Source of the DNA: Candidatus Symbiothrix sp.
GTDB lineage: Bacteria; Bacteroidota; Bacteroidia; Bacteroidales; Azobacteroidaceae
NCBI GenBank assembly: GCA_031261295.1
Contig: JAISKT010000203.1
Location: 34,395 to 98,394 of the forward strand
Reading direction: 5' to 3'
Length of the DNA stretch: 64,000 nt
The translations under genes were made by a program, and so were the position numbers. Of the stretch, positions 30,006 to 40,761 are shown piece by piece. Positions within the stretch are counted from its first letter, which is position 1. Each line of letters begins with the position of its first letter. Under the pieces are notes generated by a model, which was not told the origin of the DNA, searched no databases, and saw only the letters and a program-made list of their open reading frames with translations.

Positions 30006-32318
30006 TCAGTTATCTTCAGTATAATATTTGTTTCCTTTCTTGTGACCATATCCGTAGCCGTAACCGTAATGATAACCATAACCCGATTTATGAGGCACTG
30101 CATTCAAAACGGTTGTCAGATTATGTAATCTGTTTTCTTTATATAAAAGTTGAATGTCGGGAAGAGTGGATTTATAGGTATAATCAGCCCGTGTTACATA
30201 GATTGTGGCATCCGCAAATTGATTGATACGGAAAGCATCCGCTACCAAACCCACCGGCGCCGTATCTACAATAATATAATCATATTCGTTTGCCACTGTT
30301 TGGAATAACAGATCCAAACGGTCAGAGGCTAATAATTCAGCCGGATTGGGAGGAAATACCTTAATAGGTATAATATCCAGATTCTTATGAAAATTTCCCG
30401 ACCGGTCGATAATTTCTTTAACCGAAATACTCGGATCGGCTAAATACATCGCCACTCCTTTTGATGGAGTCATCTCCAAGGTTTTATTCAATAAAGATTT
30501 ACGGATGTCCAAGTCAATTAATAACGTTTTCTTACCCGAAGTAGCCAAACTCATGGCCAAATTCTGGGAAAAGAAGCTCTTTCCTTCGCCACTATAGGAA
30601 GAAGTAATCATAATCACTTTCGACTGACCACCCGATGCGATAAATCCCAAATTGGAAGAAACAATCCGGAATCGCTCGGCAATACCCGAACGGACATTGA
30701 GTACAGGGAAAGGTTTTGTCGATTTGACTTGCGGAAGATCTCCCAGGAAAGGCGCTTTGACAACTTTGCTCAATTGCTCTTTATTACGCAATTTATTATC
30801 AAATAAATCTCTAATATAAATTATCATCACAGGGATAATCACGCCTAATAATAAAGCAGCCAGTAAAATAATATTACGTTTGGGTTTTACCGGAACCGGA
30901 AAGTAATCGGCAGCGTCAATAACAATTGCATTGGGAGTCGCCAATGCCAACGACAAACCGGTTTCTTCCCTTTTTTGCAATAAATAAATGAAAAGGGTTT
31001 CCTTAATTTCTTTTTGACGATACAATTCACGGGATTCCCGTTCTTGGGTAGATAAACCCATAGCCTTACCCTGGAAAGAATTTTCCTGTTTATTCAATTC
31101 CCGCAAATTTGTTTGCAAACTGGCTTCCGAAAGGTTAATCCCCTTTATCAAATTATCTCTCATTAAAGCAATACGTTCATCGTATTCTTTGACAGCCGGG
31201 TTATTAACCGTCATTCCCAGCGTATTCCGGTTTTTTGCTAATATTTCTTCATTGTATTTCTGTATCAATGTAAGAATAGTCGGATCGGTTAAGCCTACAT
31301 TGGATGGCGCTACGCTACTATTATTTGATTCCACCAAAAAATTCTTAACACTCCGGAGAAGATCCAATTGAACGCCTACTTCCGATATTTTCCTTCCATA
31401 ATCACTTTGAGCGCTTAAGAATAGTTGAGCTTCCGCTTGAATATCCGTTAAACCTCTTGAACGCTTATAACTTTCCACATCTTTTTCAGCAGTCTCCAAT
31501 TCACCGGAAATTATACGCAACCGGTCATCTATAAAATGAATGGTATTGGTAGCTACATAATTTTTTTCGTCAATCGCTTTTTGATTATATATCCCTACAA
31601 GCGTATTAATAATATCCTCTCCTTTCTGAGGTACTGCCGTAACCGTCGAAATGTTCACTACGCTTGTTTGCTTATTAATAGGTGTAATTTGAACCAAAGG
31701 ACGACTCTTGGGATGATTTATAAATACTTCAATCGGATATTCTTTCGTTCCAAAAGGATTTTCTTTGAACCGTAATACGCCCCAGGGAGAATCAATCCCT
31801 TCGTCGTTGAGATTGAACTTTTTGGTAAAATTCTCCGATTTGGCAGTAAGCGTGAAAGTATTGTCTTCCGCTTTTTCAATAACAAAAGCGCCTATATCTG
31901 TCTGGTTGGATACGGACACAAAAACAGGTGTATTATTATATATTTCCTCTTTTTTTATTTTTCCTTCGCTATAATAACTCACTCCTATTTTAAGGCTGTC
32001 CACCACTTCTTTCATCAATGTTTTAGACAAAAGAACTTCCAATTCATTATCAAAACTACTGACTTGAGGGACAAGACCCAAATCACTAAAAGCATTCATA
32101 TCAAAAGGGGTCTGACCTTTCTTATCGTCTTTTATAAGTACTTTGGAAGTAACACTGTATTCGCGCGTAGTATATCTTAAATAAATAAAAGCGATCAGGA
32201 GACAAGCAATTACTGAAATGACAAACCATTTCCAATAACTTAAATAATGAAAGAAAATTTCCGCAAAAGATATTTCCTCACTCATCGACTGTTCCACCTG
32301 CACATTATTTGTCTCCAT
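30006..32318 (-). CDS. wzc: Wzc polysaccharide co-polymerase / tyrosine kinase
   Basis: Two transmembrane segments, SGEGKS, DLDIRK, DTAP, tyrosine-rich tail GYGYHYGYGYGYG. Confidence 0.93.
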   Translation of the reverse strand: METNNVQVEQSMSEEISFAEIFFHYLSYWKWFVISVIACLLIAFIYLRYTTREYSVTSKVLIKDDKKGQTPFDMNAFSDLGLVPQVSSFDNELEVLLSKTLMKEVVDSLKIGVSYYSEGKIKKEEIYNNTPVFVSVSNQTDIGAFVIEKAEDNTFTLTAKSENFTKKFNLNDEGIDSPWGVLRFKENPFGTKEYPIEVFINHPKSRPLVQITPINKQTSVVNISTVTAVPQKGEDIINTLVGIYNQKAIDEKNYVATNTIHFIDDRLRIISGELETAEKDVESYKRSRGLTDIQAEAQLFLSAQSDYGRKISEVGVQLDLLRSVKNFLVESNNSSVAPSNVGLTDPTILTLIQKYNEEILAKNRNTLGMTVNNPAVKEYDERIALMRDNLIKGINLSEASLQTNLRELNKQENSFQGKAMGLSTQERESRELYRQKEIKETLFIYLLQKREETGLSLALATPNAIVIDAADYFPVPVKPKRNIILLAALLLGVIIPVMIIYIRDLFDNKLRNKEQLSKVVKAPFLGDLPQVKSTKPFPVLNVRSGIAERFRIVSSNLGFIASGGQSKVIMITSSYSGEGKSFFSQNLAMSLATSGKKTLLIDLDIRKSLLNKTLEMTPSKGVAMYLADPSISVKEIIDRSGNFHKNLDIIPIKVFPPNPAELLASDRLDLLFQTVANEYDYIIVDTAPVGLVADAFRINQFADATIYVTRADYTYKSTLPDIQLLYKENRLHNLTTVLNAVPHKSGYGYHYGYGYGYGHKKGNKYYTEDN

Positions 32319-32345
32319 AAAAAATCAATGTTAAATGTGATAAAT

Positions 32346-33140
32346 TTACTTTTTACTTAAACTAATTATTAAAGTAGTGATTGATACTAAAAGGCCGGCT
32401 CCTGAAATAAACGTAGCAAGCATCGGATTATAAGTAGAACTCATAACCTTCGACTTATTCGGCAACACATAAATAATGTCATTTTGTTGCAGATAATATA
32501 CTTCCGAAAAGAAAATATCCGGAGAAGTAATATCTACATGATAAAATTTCTTTACCCCCTCTTCTACCCTGCATATCAAAACATCATGCCGTTTACCATA
32601 AATAGTCATATCGCCCGCTTTAGCCAAGGCTTCCGGAATGGATATCCGTTCACTATCAACCGTATAAGTTCCCGGTCTATTCACTTCGCCCAAAACCGAA
32701 ACTTTATAATTCAAAAAACGGAGATTGACCGTTGCATTATCTATATATTGTGAAACTTTACTTTGAATTAAATTGACAGCTTCGATTTTCGTAAGACCCG
32801 CTACAGACAGTTTACCTATCACCGGAAAATTGATATAACCGGTTTCATCCACCAAATACCCTTGCAATTCAAGCGTACTCCCGGATATAGAATATCCGCG
32901 GGATAAATTAACCGTATTAAAAGGTTCTACCGCTTCCGGATTCAAGGCTGAAACGGTAATCAAGAGATTGTCATTGGGCATAATCTTGATTTCATAATTG
33001 GATAAATCAGTGTACATAGAATCTGAAACAGTATCCGTATTCTGAAAATAAACAATGTCTTTACTTGATCCACAAGAAGTTAAAAAAACGACCAACAGCA
33101 TTGCCACTAACCCTCGAGATAGAAATTTTAATTTGATCAT
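32346..33140 (-). CDS. wza: Wza polysaccharide export lipoprotein
   Basis: Lipobox LTSC, YLVDETGYINFPVIG, GEVNRPG, YLQQNDIIYV. Confidence 0.9.
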   Translation of the reverse strand: MIKLKFLSRGLVAMLLVVFLTSCGSSKDIVYFQNTDTVSDSMYTDLSNYEIKIMPNDNLLITVSALNPEAVEPFNTVNLSRGYSISGSTLELQGYLVDETGYINFPVIGKLSVAGLTKIEAVNLIQSKVSQYIDNATVNLRFLNYKVSVLGEVNRPGTYTVDSERISIPEALAKAGDMTIYGKRHDVLICRVEEGVKKFYHVDITSPDIFFSEVYYLQQNDIIYVLPNKSKVMSSTYNPMLATFISGAGLLVSITTLIISLSKK

Positions 33141-33175
33141 ATTCAAAGAAAATATTTTTTAATAAAAAATCCGAG

Positions 33176-33183
33176 CAAAGGTA
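33176..33183 (-). promoter_or_regulatory. -7 promoter box for the capsule locus
   Basis: TACCTTTG on the minus strand, about 35 nt upstream of wza. Confidence 0.55.
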
Positions 33184-33256
33184 ATATAAAATAATTAAAA
33201 ATAAAACTTATATACCAAAAACATACTAAAGTTGTTGATACAAAAATCGTACCAAG

Positions 33257-33327
33257 TTGTCCTGCCAGGATTCGAACCCGGACACGCAGAACCAGAATCT
33301 GATGTGCTACCGTTACACCACAGGACA
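33257..33327 (-). tRNA. tRNA-Gln(CTG)
   Basis: Cloverleaf with TGTCCTG/CAGGACA acceptor stem, anticodon loop TT-CTG-GT and GTTCGAATC T-loop. Confidence 0.95.
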
Positions 33328-33388
33328 ATGTTTTGCGGCGGCAAAGTTACACATTTTAGACAAATATGAAAATAATCCTGCTAATATT

Positions 33389-33856
33389 TTACGAAATATT
33401 TATAGAAGGGATCACCGACTCGATGTCTTCCAATAAAAATCCCTTGCCGGCGGCAAAACGCACCAGCTTTTGCTTGATTTCATATTCATTGACGCCTTTT
33501 ACCGTTTTCTGCTTGGTTGCCAATAATTTACGCAACTGTTCACGATTTTCTTCCCGGTCTATTTCCGATAAGGCCTCCCGGATGAAAGATTCGGGAAGCT
33601 GCTTTTTCTTCAATTCATATTGGATTTTGTAAACGCCCCAATGACTGTATTTGGACTTGTCGTTGACAAATGCCTTGCAAAACCGTCTTTCATCCAAGAA
33701 TTTTTCGCTTTGCAATTTTCCGATAATTTTTTTTTGATCTTCCGCTGCAAGTTCCCAGCGAATCATTTTTTGACGAATATCCTGAATACACCGTTCACCC
33801 CGGCTGCAATAGGCTGCCAAACGATGAAGCGCTTGTTCGTAAGTGATTGGTTTCAT
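33389..33856 (-). CDS. recX: RecX regulatory protein
   Basis: YCSRGERC, FLDERRFCKAFVNDK, WGVYKI, KLVRFAAGKGF. Confidence 0.9.
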   Translation of the reverse strand: MKPITYEQALHRLAAYCSRGERCIQDIRQKMIRWELAAEDQKKIIGKLQSEKFLDERRFCKAFVNDKSKYSHWGVYKIQYELKKKQLPESFIREALSEIDREENREQLRKLLATKQKTVKGVNEYEIKQKLVRFAAGKGFLLEDIESVIPSINIS

Positions 33857-33928
33857 TTCCGGTAAAATCGATTAATGACTTGCAAATTTAGGAAAATATT
33901 TAATTATTCCGTACCTTTGCCGACCGGA

Positions 33929-34345
33929 ATGAGTAGAATAATTGCAATTGATTATGGGAAAAAACGAACCGGACTTGCCGTTTCGGATCCGTTAAAGCTG
34001 ATTGCCGGTGGACTTACCACGGTTCCCAGCCACGAGGTGATTGCTTTTCTGGAAAAGTATATCCTGAATCAGGAAGTGGAACTGTTTATTCTCGGCGAAC
34101 CCCGGCAAATGAATTATGAACCTTCGGAAAATATGTTCCGGGTGGAGCAATTCAAAGAACGGTTGCAAAAAGCCATCCCGGCCATTCCTATTCAAATGGT
34201 GGACGAACGGTTTACCTCTGTATTAGCCCATCAGGCCATGCGGGAGGGAGGATTAAAAAAATTAAAACGGCAAAATAAAGAATTGGTGGACGAATTAAGC
34301 GCTACCATTTTATTACAAACTTATTTAGAATCAATCAGAAAATGA
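33929..34345 (+). CDS. ruvX: YqgF/RuvX nuclease
   Basis: [27 protein letters not shown]; promoter box TACCTTTG at 33912 supports the start at 33929. Confidence 0.93.
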   Translation: MSRIIAIDYGKKRTGLAVSDPLKLIAGGLTTVPSHEVIAFLEKYILNQEVELFILGEPRQMNYEPSENMFRVEQFKERLQKAIPAIPIQMVDERFTSVLAHQAMREGGLKKLKRQNKELVDELSATILLQTYLESIRK

Positions 34346-34899
34346 CGCTTCCGGTTTATTTATACGGTCATCCGGTGTTAAGAAAAATAACAAAAGATAT
34401 TCCCCTGGATTATCCCAACTTGGGCGCCTTGTTGGAAAACATGTTTGAAACGATGTACAAAGCGGACGGGATAGGCATCGCCGCCCCTCAAGTCGGCTTG
34501 GAAGACCGGATTTTAGTGATCGACTTAAGTCCTTGTAAAGAATCCGATCCTGCTTGCGACGGATTTAAGAAAGCTTTTATCAACGCCCATATTATCGAAC
34601 GAGACGGAGAAGAGGAAATCATGGAAGAAGGGTGCCTTTCCATTCCGAATATCCATGAAAAAGTACCCCGCCCCAACCGGATACGGATCCAATATTTAGA
34701 CGAAAACCTGCAGCCTCACGACGAAATTTATGAAGGTTACAAAGCCCGTGTCATCCAACACGAGTACGATCACTTAGACGGAATTCTTTTCGTAGATCAT
34801 ATTACCGGCATGCGTAAACAATTAATTCGTTCCAAACTAAACAAAATCAGGGATGGAAATGTTACTTGTTCGTATAAGGTAAAACGATCGAATAAGTGA
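34342..34899 (+). CDS. def: Peptide deformylase
   Basis: [24 protein letters not shown]. Confidence 0.96.
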   Translation: MTLPVYLYGHPVLRKITKDIPLDYPNLGALLENMFETMYKADGIGIAAPQVGLEDRILVIDLSPCKESDPACDGFKKAFINAHIIERDGEEEIMEEGCLSIPNIHEKVPRPNRIRIQYLDENLQPHDEIYEGYKARVIQHEYDHLDGILFVDHITGMRKQLIRSKLNKIRDGNVTCSYKVKRSNK

Positions 34900-35678
34900 A
34901 GCATCTTAAAACGGTATTTATATTATTTTTGCAGGTGGTTATTTTTACTTCCTGCCTGACAACGAAGCAAACAAATCTTTTGCAACCTCCGGGAGGAGAT
35001 ATTCCCCGCTATTCGCAAGCGAAGAAAATCGGGGAATATACAATCAAGCCCGGTGATGAACTGCGTGTTCAAATCTCAGTGCCCGGAGATAATTCAAAAA
35101 CCGAATCGCTGTACCGGTTATTTACGATAGACGATTCAAGTGTAGATTTGGGCGATAACAAGTTACGTACATTAGCGGTATCTCCCGAAGGGAACATTTA
35201 TTTTCCGTATATCGGTGATATTTATGTAGCCGGTAAAACAACGATTGACGTTCAAACGGAACTGGAAACCAGGGTCAACCGGGAAATACTCTCCGGAGAA
35301 AACTGCTTGGTGTACGTCCGGTTGGGTAACCGGTATTTCAGCGTTATCGGAGAATCGCATGCCGGCAGGTATCCTATTAATAAGGAGCAATTGACCATTT
35401 ACCAGGCTTTGTCGCAAAGTATGGACGTCAATCCTTACGGAGACCGGTCGAAAGTCAAAATTATTCGCCGGACCATGGATGGCACCCTCATCAAGATTTT
35501 CGATTTAAGAAGCGCCGAAATTGTCAATTCCGAATTTTACTATGTGCAGCCCAACGATGTGATTTATATCCAGCCGTTGCCCCGTCAATTCTGGGGAGTA
35601 AATTCATTCGGATCCGTGTTTGCCATTATTACCACCGTTTCTTCGTTAGGTATTATGATTTATAACCTTGCTAAATAA
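34896..35678 (+). CDS. wza: Wza-like polysaccharide export lipoprotein 1
   Basis: Lipobox [23 protein letters not shown]. Confidence 0.82.
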   Translation: MKHLKTVFILFLQVVIFTSCLTTKQTNLLQPPGGDIPRYSQAKKIGEYTIKPGDELRVQISVPGDNSKTESLYRLFTIDDSSVDLGDNKLRTLAVSPEGNIYFPYIGDIYVAGKTTIDVQTELETRVNREILSGENCLVYVRLGNRYFSVIGESHAGRYPINKEQLTIYQALSQSMDVNPYGDRSKVKIIRRTMDGTLIKIFDLRSAEIVNSEFYYVQPNDVIYIQPLPRQFWGVNSFGSVFAIITTVSSLGIMIYNLAK

Positions 35679-36439
35679 TGAGTTGCCTTATGAAAAATAA
35701 ATCCTGTATTCTTTCCGCAGTGTGTGTGCTGGCGCTCTTGTTTTCTTCTTGTATCACCAACCGGCAAAAACTTTATTTGCAAAATGACGCAAATGGAATT
35801 CCCTACCGGAAAACTCCTTTTGAACAATACAAATTGGGAGTGAATGACGAAATTATATATTATTTGATAACGACCAGCCAGGAAACGCAATACCTCTACA
35901 ATGGCAACCAACGGGCAGTCAATCAAGGTCAGATTGCTTTCCGGATTTACGACGACGGATGTGTCATTCTACCGACTATCGGTAAAGTAAAAATCGCCGG
36001 CCTGAATATCCGTGAAGCCGAAAGGGTCATCACGGAACAATTCAAAAGCATCGTAGTGGATGCCGAAGTGAAGATTGCTTTGAACAATAATTATTTTTAT
36101 GTGGAAGGAAATGGCGGCAAGGGACAATTTTATGTTTATAAAGAAGACTTGAATATTTTTCAGGCCATGGCCATGGCAGGCGACATTTCTTCTACGGGAG
36201 ATAAACAACACATCAAGCTAATCCGGAGAGGAGAGGATGGAATAGACCATATTAAAACATTCGACTTGCGGGAAAAAACAATTATTGGCTCCGAATATTA
36301 TTATATCCGGCCGAATGATGTCATTTACATTCCGGAAAATCCGAATGCTTTCTTCCGGGTGGATTCCATTTCCAGTTTTATTTCTTTTGTAGTAGCCCCT
36401 TTATCCTTGGTAATGATGGCGCTTTCTTATTTCAAATAA
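35678..36439 (+). CDS. wza: Wza-like polysaccharide export lipoprotein 2
   Basis: Lipobox FSSC, DGCVILPTIG, AMAMAGD, YIRPNDVIYI. Confidence 0.82.
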   Translation: MSCLMKNKSCILSAVCVLALLFSSCITNRQKLYLQNDANGIPYRKTPFEQYKLGVNDEIIYYLITTSQETQYLYNGNQRAVNQGQIAFRIYDDGCVILPTIGKVKIAGLNIREAERVITEQFKSIVVDAEVKIALNNNYFYVEGNGGKGQFYVYKEDLNIFQAMAMAGDISSTGDKQHIKLIRRGEDGIDHIKTFDLREKTIIGSEYYYIRPNDVIYIPENPNAFFRVDSISSFISFVVAPLSLVMMALSYFK

Positions 36440-36458
36440 ATTTAATAAATTTCAAATC

Positions 36459-38822
36459 ATGGACATCAATAAAATTACTGACCTAAATACGAATGACTCA
36501 GTTAGTCAACAGGCAATAGCAGGCTCCTCTTTTGACTTTCCCGGTTTCCTGATGAAGATTTTACGTTACTGGTATTTATTTTTGTTGGCCATCATCATCG
36601 CTCTGGGCTTAGCCTACCTGAAAAATAAATCCTGGACGCCTACCTATAAAACGGCCACGACGATTCTCCTGGAAGACAACCGGTCGGGAGTTCAGAGTAA
36701 TTCCACGTCCAATTATTCATACACAGTATATACGAATCGTATTAACAACCAGATGGTTATGTACAGTTCGTACGATTTTATCTCTAAGACAGTCGATCAG
36801 TTAAACCTTACAAATGAAATCTATACAAAGGAACAATTTAAAAATAATATCCTTTTTAAAAATAACATCCTCTACAAAAATTCACCGGTAGCAATCGCCG
36901 GTAATTATGTTACAGACGGAGCGTATGGTTTGGAATTTAAGATAAACGGGGTAGATGAAAACCTGTATGAAATTTCATTTATCGGAAACGAAGAAATTCC
37001 TGCGTTCAGGCAACAGGGGAAATATGGAGAAACGACACAACATGCCTTATTCTTTTTAGAAATACAAAAGACGAATTTTTTTATTAAACCTGACTATGAA
37101 GTGTATTTCCGCTTTTTCTCAAAAGAGGACTTAATCGGTCTTTACAGCGGCCGGTTGTCTTCGCGTATTTTAATAGAAGGATCATCGGTTATCGAAGTAA
37201 GCATTACCGGAAAAGTCGCCCAAAGGGATATTGATTTCCTCAACTTATTGAACGAACAATTTTTCCGGGAAAACCTGGAACGTAAAAATGAAATGGCCGA
37301 CCGTTCTATTCAATTCATCGACCGGCAAATCTCAATAATCAAAGATTCTATTGACTCTTCGGAATCCAAATTAAACACTTATCAACAATCTTCCGGATTG
37401 TATTCGCAGGATCAATCGGCCAACCTTACCAAAGTGTTGGATGATCTGGAACAAAAGAAAAATGATATCCGCTTGCGGAAAGAATACCTCAAATACTTAT
37501 CCCGGTACCAATCGAATCCGGTGAATGAATTATTGACGGATCCATCCGCTTTCCAGATTTCCAGTCCGCAACTAAGCGCCTATATCGAACAGTATAATAT
37601 GCTGGCCCTCGAAATGAGAACCCTGGGAAGCAGCAGTCCCATTTATTCTAAAAACTTAAAGACAATGGAAGACCTGAGATACAGCATCCGCGATGCAATC
37701 AAGGCCATGAATTCCGTTATTGCATTGGAAGAAAAAGATATAACTCAACGTTACAACAAGGCTTACAATGAACTTTCCAATTTACCGCAACAGGAAAGAG
37801 AGTTATTGACTCATGAAAGAGATTTTAAAATCAATGATAATTATTACACCTATTTATTACAAAAACGAACGGAAAGCCAGTTGCAAAAAGCGTCCAACAT
37901 TCCGGATAACCTGATTATAGACAAACCGAGAGTCGTGGGGGTTATCAATGGCGGGGAGATGCGGAACACGTATATGCTTTATCTTCTCATCGGATTGTTG
38001 ATTCCGCTCATTTATATCGCTTGTAAAGAATACCTCTTCAAATTTACCGTTCAATCGCGGGAGGATGTAGAGAGGATAACCAAACTCCCCCTGATTGGCA
38101 CCATCGAACATTCCAAGAAAAAAGAACAAATGGTAGTGCTTACGCATCCCCGTTCCAGTTTTACCGAAAGTTTCCGGAGCCTTCGTTCCCGGATGGAATA
38201 CTTAGTGGGAAAGGTGGACCCGGTATCCATGCTGGTTACATCGACAGAACCGCAAGACGGGAAAACATTCGTTGCACTCAATTTAGCCTCTATTTACCAA
38301 ATAGACAATAAAAAGGTGATTATCGTGGATTTTGATATGTATCATCCGGCATTATCCAAATCAATCGGATTGGATGCAAATAAGGGACTGTCCGATTATT
38401 TGAATGGTGAAGCTGATTTGGATGAAGTAATTGTAACTACGGACTGTGGGTTTGACGTATTGCCGGCGGGTTCTATTCCGCCCAATCCCAGTGAACTGAT
38501 ACGGACACCCAAATCCAAAGAAATTGTTAAACTGCTTTATGCCCAATACGATTACGTACTGCTGGACGGCGGCCCGGTCGGATTAGTTTCCGACACTTAC
38601 CAGTTGGCTCAATTGGTAGATATAGTGCTCTTTGTGGTACGGAACGAAAAGACAAACAAGAACTTCCTCAAATACACCGTCAAAGAACTCCGGGAAGACG
38701 GTATTGACAACATGGCTGTTGTATATAATGATGTGAAGTCAAAGGGTCGTTACGGTAATAAAAAATATGCCGGAAAAAACAATTACTATCAAAAACACAA
38801 AGATTACTACTACAATGAGTGA
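36459..38822 (+). CDS. wzc: Wzc-like co-polymerase / tyrosine kinase
   Basis: ESFRSLRS, PQDGKT, PPNPSEL, tyrosine-containing tail; some Walker motifs diverged (DFDMYHP, DGGP). Confidence 0.88.
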   Translation: MDINKITDLNTNDSVSQQAIAGSSFDFPGFLMKILRYWYLFLLAIIIALGLAYLKNKSWTPTYKTATTILLEDNRSGVQSNSTSNYSYTVYTNRINNQMVMYSSYDFISKTVDQLNLTNEIYTKEQFKNNILFKNNILYKNSPVAIAGNYVTDGAYGLEFKINGVDENLYEISFIGNEEIPAFRQQGKYGETTQHALFFLEIQKTNFFIKPDYEVYFRFFSKEDLIGLYSGRLSSRILIEGSSVIEVSITGKVAQRDIDFLNLLNEQFFRENLERKNEMADRSIQFIDRQISIIKDSIDSSESKLNTYQQSSGLYSQDQSANLTKVLDDLEQKKNDIRLRKEYLKYLSRYQSNPVNELLTDPSAFQISSPQLSAYIEQYNMLALEMRTLGSSSPIYSKNLKTMEDLRYSIRDAIKAMNSVIALEEKDITQRYNKAYNELSNLPQQERELLTHERDFKINDNYYTYLLQKRTESQLQKASNIPDNLIIDKPRVVGVINGGEMRNTYMLYLLIGLLIPLIYIACKEYLFKFTVQSREDVERITKLPLIGTIEHSKKKEQMVVLTHPRSSFTESFRSLRSRMEYLVGKVDPVSMLVTSTEPQDGKTFVALNLASIYQIDNKKVIIVDFDMYHPALSKSIGLDANKGLSDYLNGEADLDEVIVTTDCGFDVLPAGSIPPNPSELIRTPKSKEIVKLLYAQYDYVLLDGGPVGLVSDTYQLAQLVDIVLFVVRNEKTNKNFLKYTVKELREDGIDNMAVVYNDVKSKGRYGNKKYAGKNNYYQKHKDYYYNE

Positions 38823-38834
38823 ATCGCGGGCTTT

Positions 38835-39797
38835 TCAATTGATTATTCGTTTTAAAACCGGTCGTAAGAAATTATTTTTATATACGCTATTCCCGATCCT
38901 TTGTTTATTGGCATAATAATAACAATAGCCATAGTCCGGGATACGTTTGGCTCTATTCAAGGGCCATTCAATAACAGCTCCTAAGAAATCAGCCAATTGG
39001 CTACGGAAATCAATGATCCGGTCTTTTTCAATCCAGGGTTGGGTGAGTTTATCCAGGTAAGCCTCCGCATCCGTATCCAAACGGATAATTTCTTCAATAG
39101 CTTCCTCCATTGACTGATAATCCGGTACATTGATAAAAGATTTTGTGTTGAAATCGTTCTCCACATCTGGATTGCCCCAATAGACCGGCAATGAATTTAC
39201 CCGCATCGGATCGACTAATTTTTCAGTAGTGTAACCCGGAACGGAGCTATTCTCAAAAGCAATCGTAAATTTATAATCCTTGATAAAATCAATTTTATCG
39301 GCCACCGGCCCGCCAATGTTATTCAGGTATTTTCCACCGGAATCTACTTTTTTGTATTGGGACAAACGATGAAAAAATTCCTCCCGGATGGGGTCGGCTT
39401 TTTGTTTATTGGAATACACAAAATTGCAAAATTTCCGATGGGTATATGGTTGTTGTAGAGACGCGGTTAACCGCGTCTCTACGAGGATATCCTCGTAGCC
39501 GTCAGATAATGCATATAAAGGCAGGCGAAAATACCGGTCTTCCAAATTCCATTGGACGCCGCCGATTCCATAATCACAGAGATTGAAATCCGGAATATCA
39601 TTTTCGCCCGTGAAATAGATTTTTATGGCATTTTTATATCGGAAATGATCATTCCCGTATAAGGAATAAAATAGATAATCCGGATGGTGCGGATCAATAA
39701 TTACCTGATATTGATTTTTCAAGGCAGATAAAATAAAATTATCTTCGATCTGAAATCCTTTCCAGAAATCCACAAAATAGATTCGTATCTCTCTCAT
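38835..39797 (-). CDS. GT10 alpha-1,3/4-fucosyltransferase-like
   Basis: FTGEN, KFCNFVYSN, YKFTIAFENS..GYTTEKL, PVYWG. Confidence 0.9.
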   Translation of the reverse strand: MREIRIYFVDFWKGFQIEDNFILSALKNQYQVIIDPHHPDYLFYSLYGNDHFRYKNAIKIYFTGENDIPDFNLCDYGIGGVQWNLEDRYFRLPLYALSDGYEDILVETRLTASLQQPYTHRKFCNFVYSNKQKADPIREEFFHRLSQYKKVDSGGKYLNNIGGPVADKIDFIKDYKFTIAFENSSVPGYTTEKLVDPMRVNSLPVYWGNPDVENDFNTKSFINVPDYQSMEEAIEEIIRLDTDAEAYLDKLTQPWIEKDRIIDFRSQLADFLGAVIEWPLNRAKRIPDYGYCYYYANKQRIGNSVYKNNFLRPVLKRIIN

Positions 39798-40750
39798 AAT
39801 TTGTACTTTATATAGATGGCAATTGACAATAGGATTTCTTTCCAAAAGGTAACAAACGATTTTCGTCTTTCCGTCCAAACATTTTCGTTGAAAAGTATAT
39901 CTAATTTTTTCTTTTGTTTCAAAACATATTCTTTATCAAAATCATTTTTAACAAGCGTTTTGATAAAAAATATCCGTAAATTCTCTAAGTAAGGATAAAT
40001 AAATGTATGTGTATCAAATAAATTGCTTTGTCTGGCCAACCGGATTATTTTTTCCAACACAAGATAAAAACTATCTATATTCCGGGGAGATTTTTTTTGT
40101 GTAATGGAATTGGTTTGAATATGATAGATATAAGTCGGAGTATGAGTTACAGCCATGGATTGCGCCGCCAAAGCCAATTGAAACGACCACAACGTATCTT
40201 CGTGTACAATCCCTTCTGCAAACCAAGCTTTTTTTTCCGAGAAAATACTTCGTTTAACCAATTTATTACAAGCCATTTCGTACCATTTTTTCGTTAGAAA
40301 AGAGTCCAGGATAAAGTCATTCCCCTGATAAATCCCGTTTTCCAACAATAAAAGAGGATAGGCTTTCCGTTTATTTCCAATTACAGTTATTTCGCCAATT
40401 ACAAAATCAATATCTTGGTCGCCAATAGCCGAAACAAGGGTTTCAATGCAATCGGACGCCAGTTCATCATCACTATCCAAAAAGAAAATATATTCGCCGG
40501 ATGAAGCTTTGACTCCCGTATTCCGCGCCGCAGATAATCCTTTGTTTTCCGAATGACGGACGATTTTTACCGCTTCTTGCCGGGGATGATTGTGCAGGAT
40601 TTTTTCCACAATCTCCATGCTGTTATCCGGAGTCGCATCATCGACCAAAATGTATTCAATACCGGAATAGGTCTGATTGAAAGCCGAATACAGACACCGC
40701 TCTATAAATTGGGATACATTATATACAGGTATGATAATCGATACTTTCAT
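39794..40750 (-). CDS. GT2 glycosyltransferase
   Basis: SIIIPVYN, GLSAARN, FLDSDD, HED. Confidence 0.9.
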   Translation of the reverse strand: MKVSIIIPVYNVSQFIERCLYSAFNQTYSGIEYILVDDATPDNSMEIVEKILHNHPRQEAVKIVRHSENKGLSAARNTGVKASSGEYIFFLDSDDELASDCIETLVSAIGDQDIDFVIGEITVIGNKRKAYPLLLLENGIYQGNDFILDSFLTKKWYEMACNKLVKRSIFSEKKAWFAEGIVHEDTLWSFQLALAAQSMAVTHTPTYIYHIQTNSITQKKSPRNIDSFYLVLEKIIRLARQSNLFDTHTFIYPYLENLRIFFIKTLVKNDFDKEYVLKQKKKLDILFNENVWTERRKSFVTFWKEILLSIAIYIKYKL

Positions 40751-40761
40751 AGATTCTTTAT

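Noticed and set aside
33140-33260. Invertible capsule promoter
   Set aside because: No flanking inverted repeats or recombinase gene seen near the wza or upxY promoters.
33257-33327. tRNA-anchored genomic island
   Set aside because: No integrase and no duplicated tRNA 3' end were noticed within the window.
33143-33328. 61-aa ORF from the track
   Set aside because: It overlaps tRNA-Gln and is a spurious translation.
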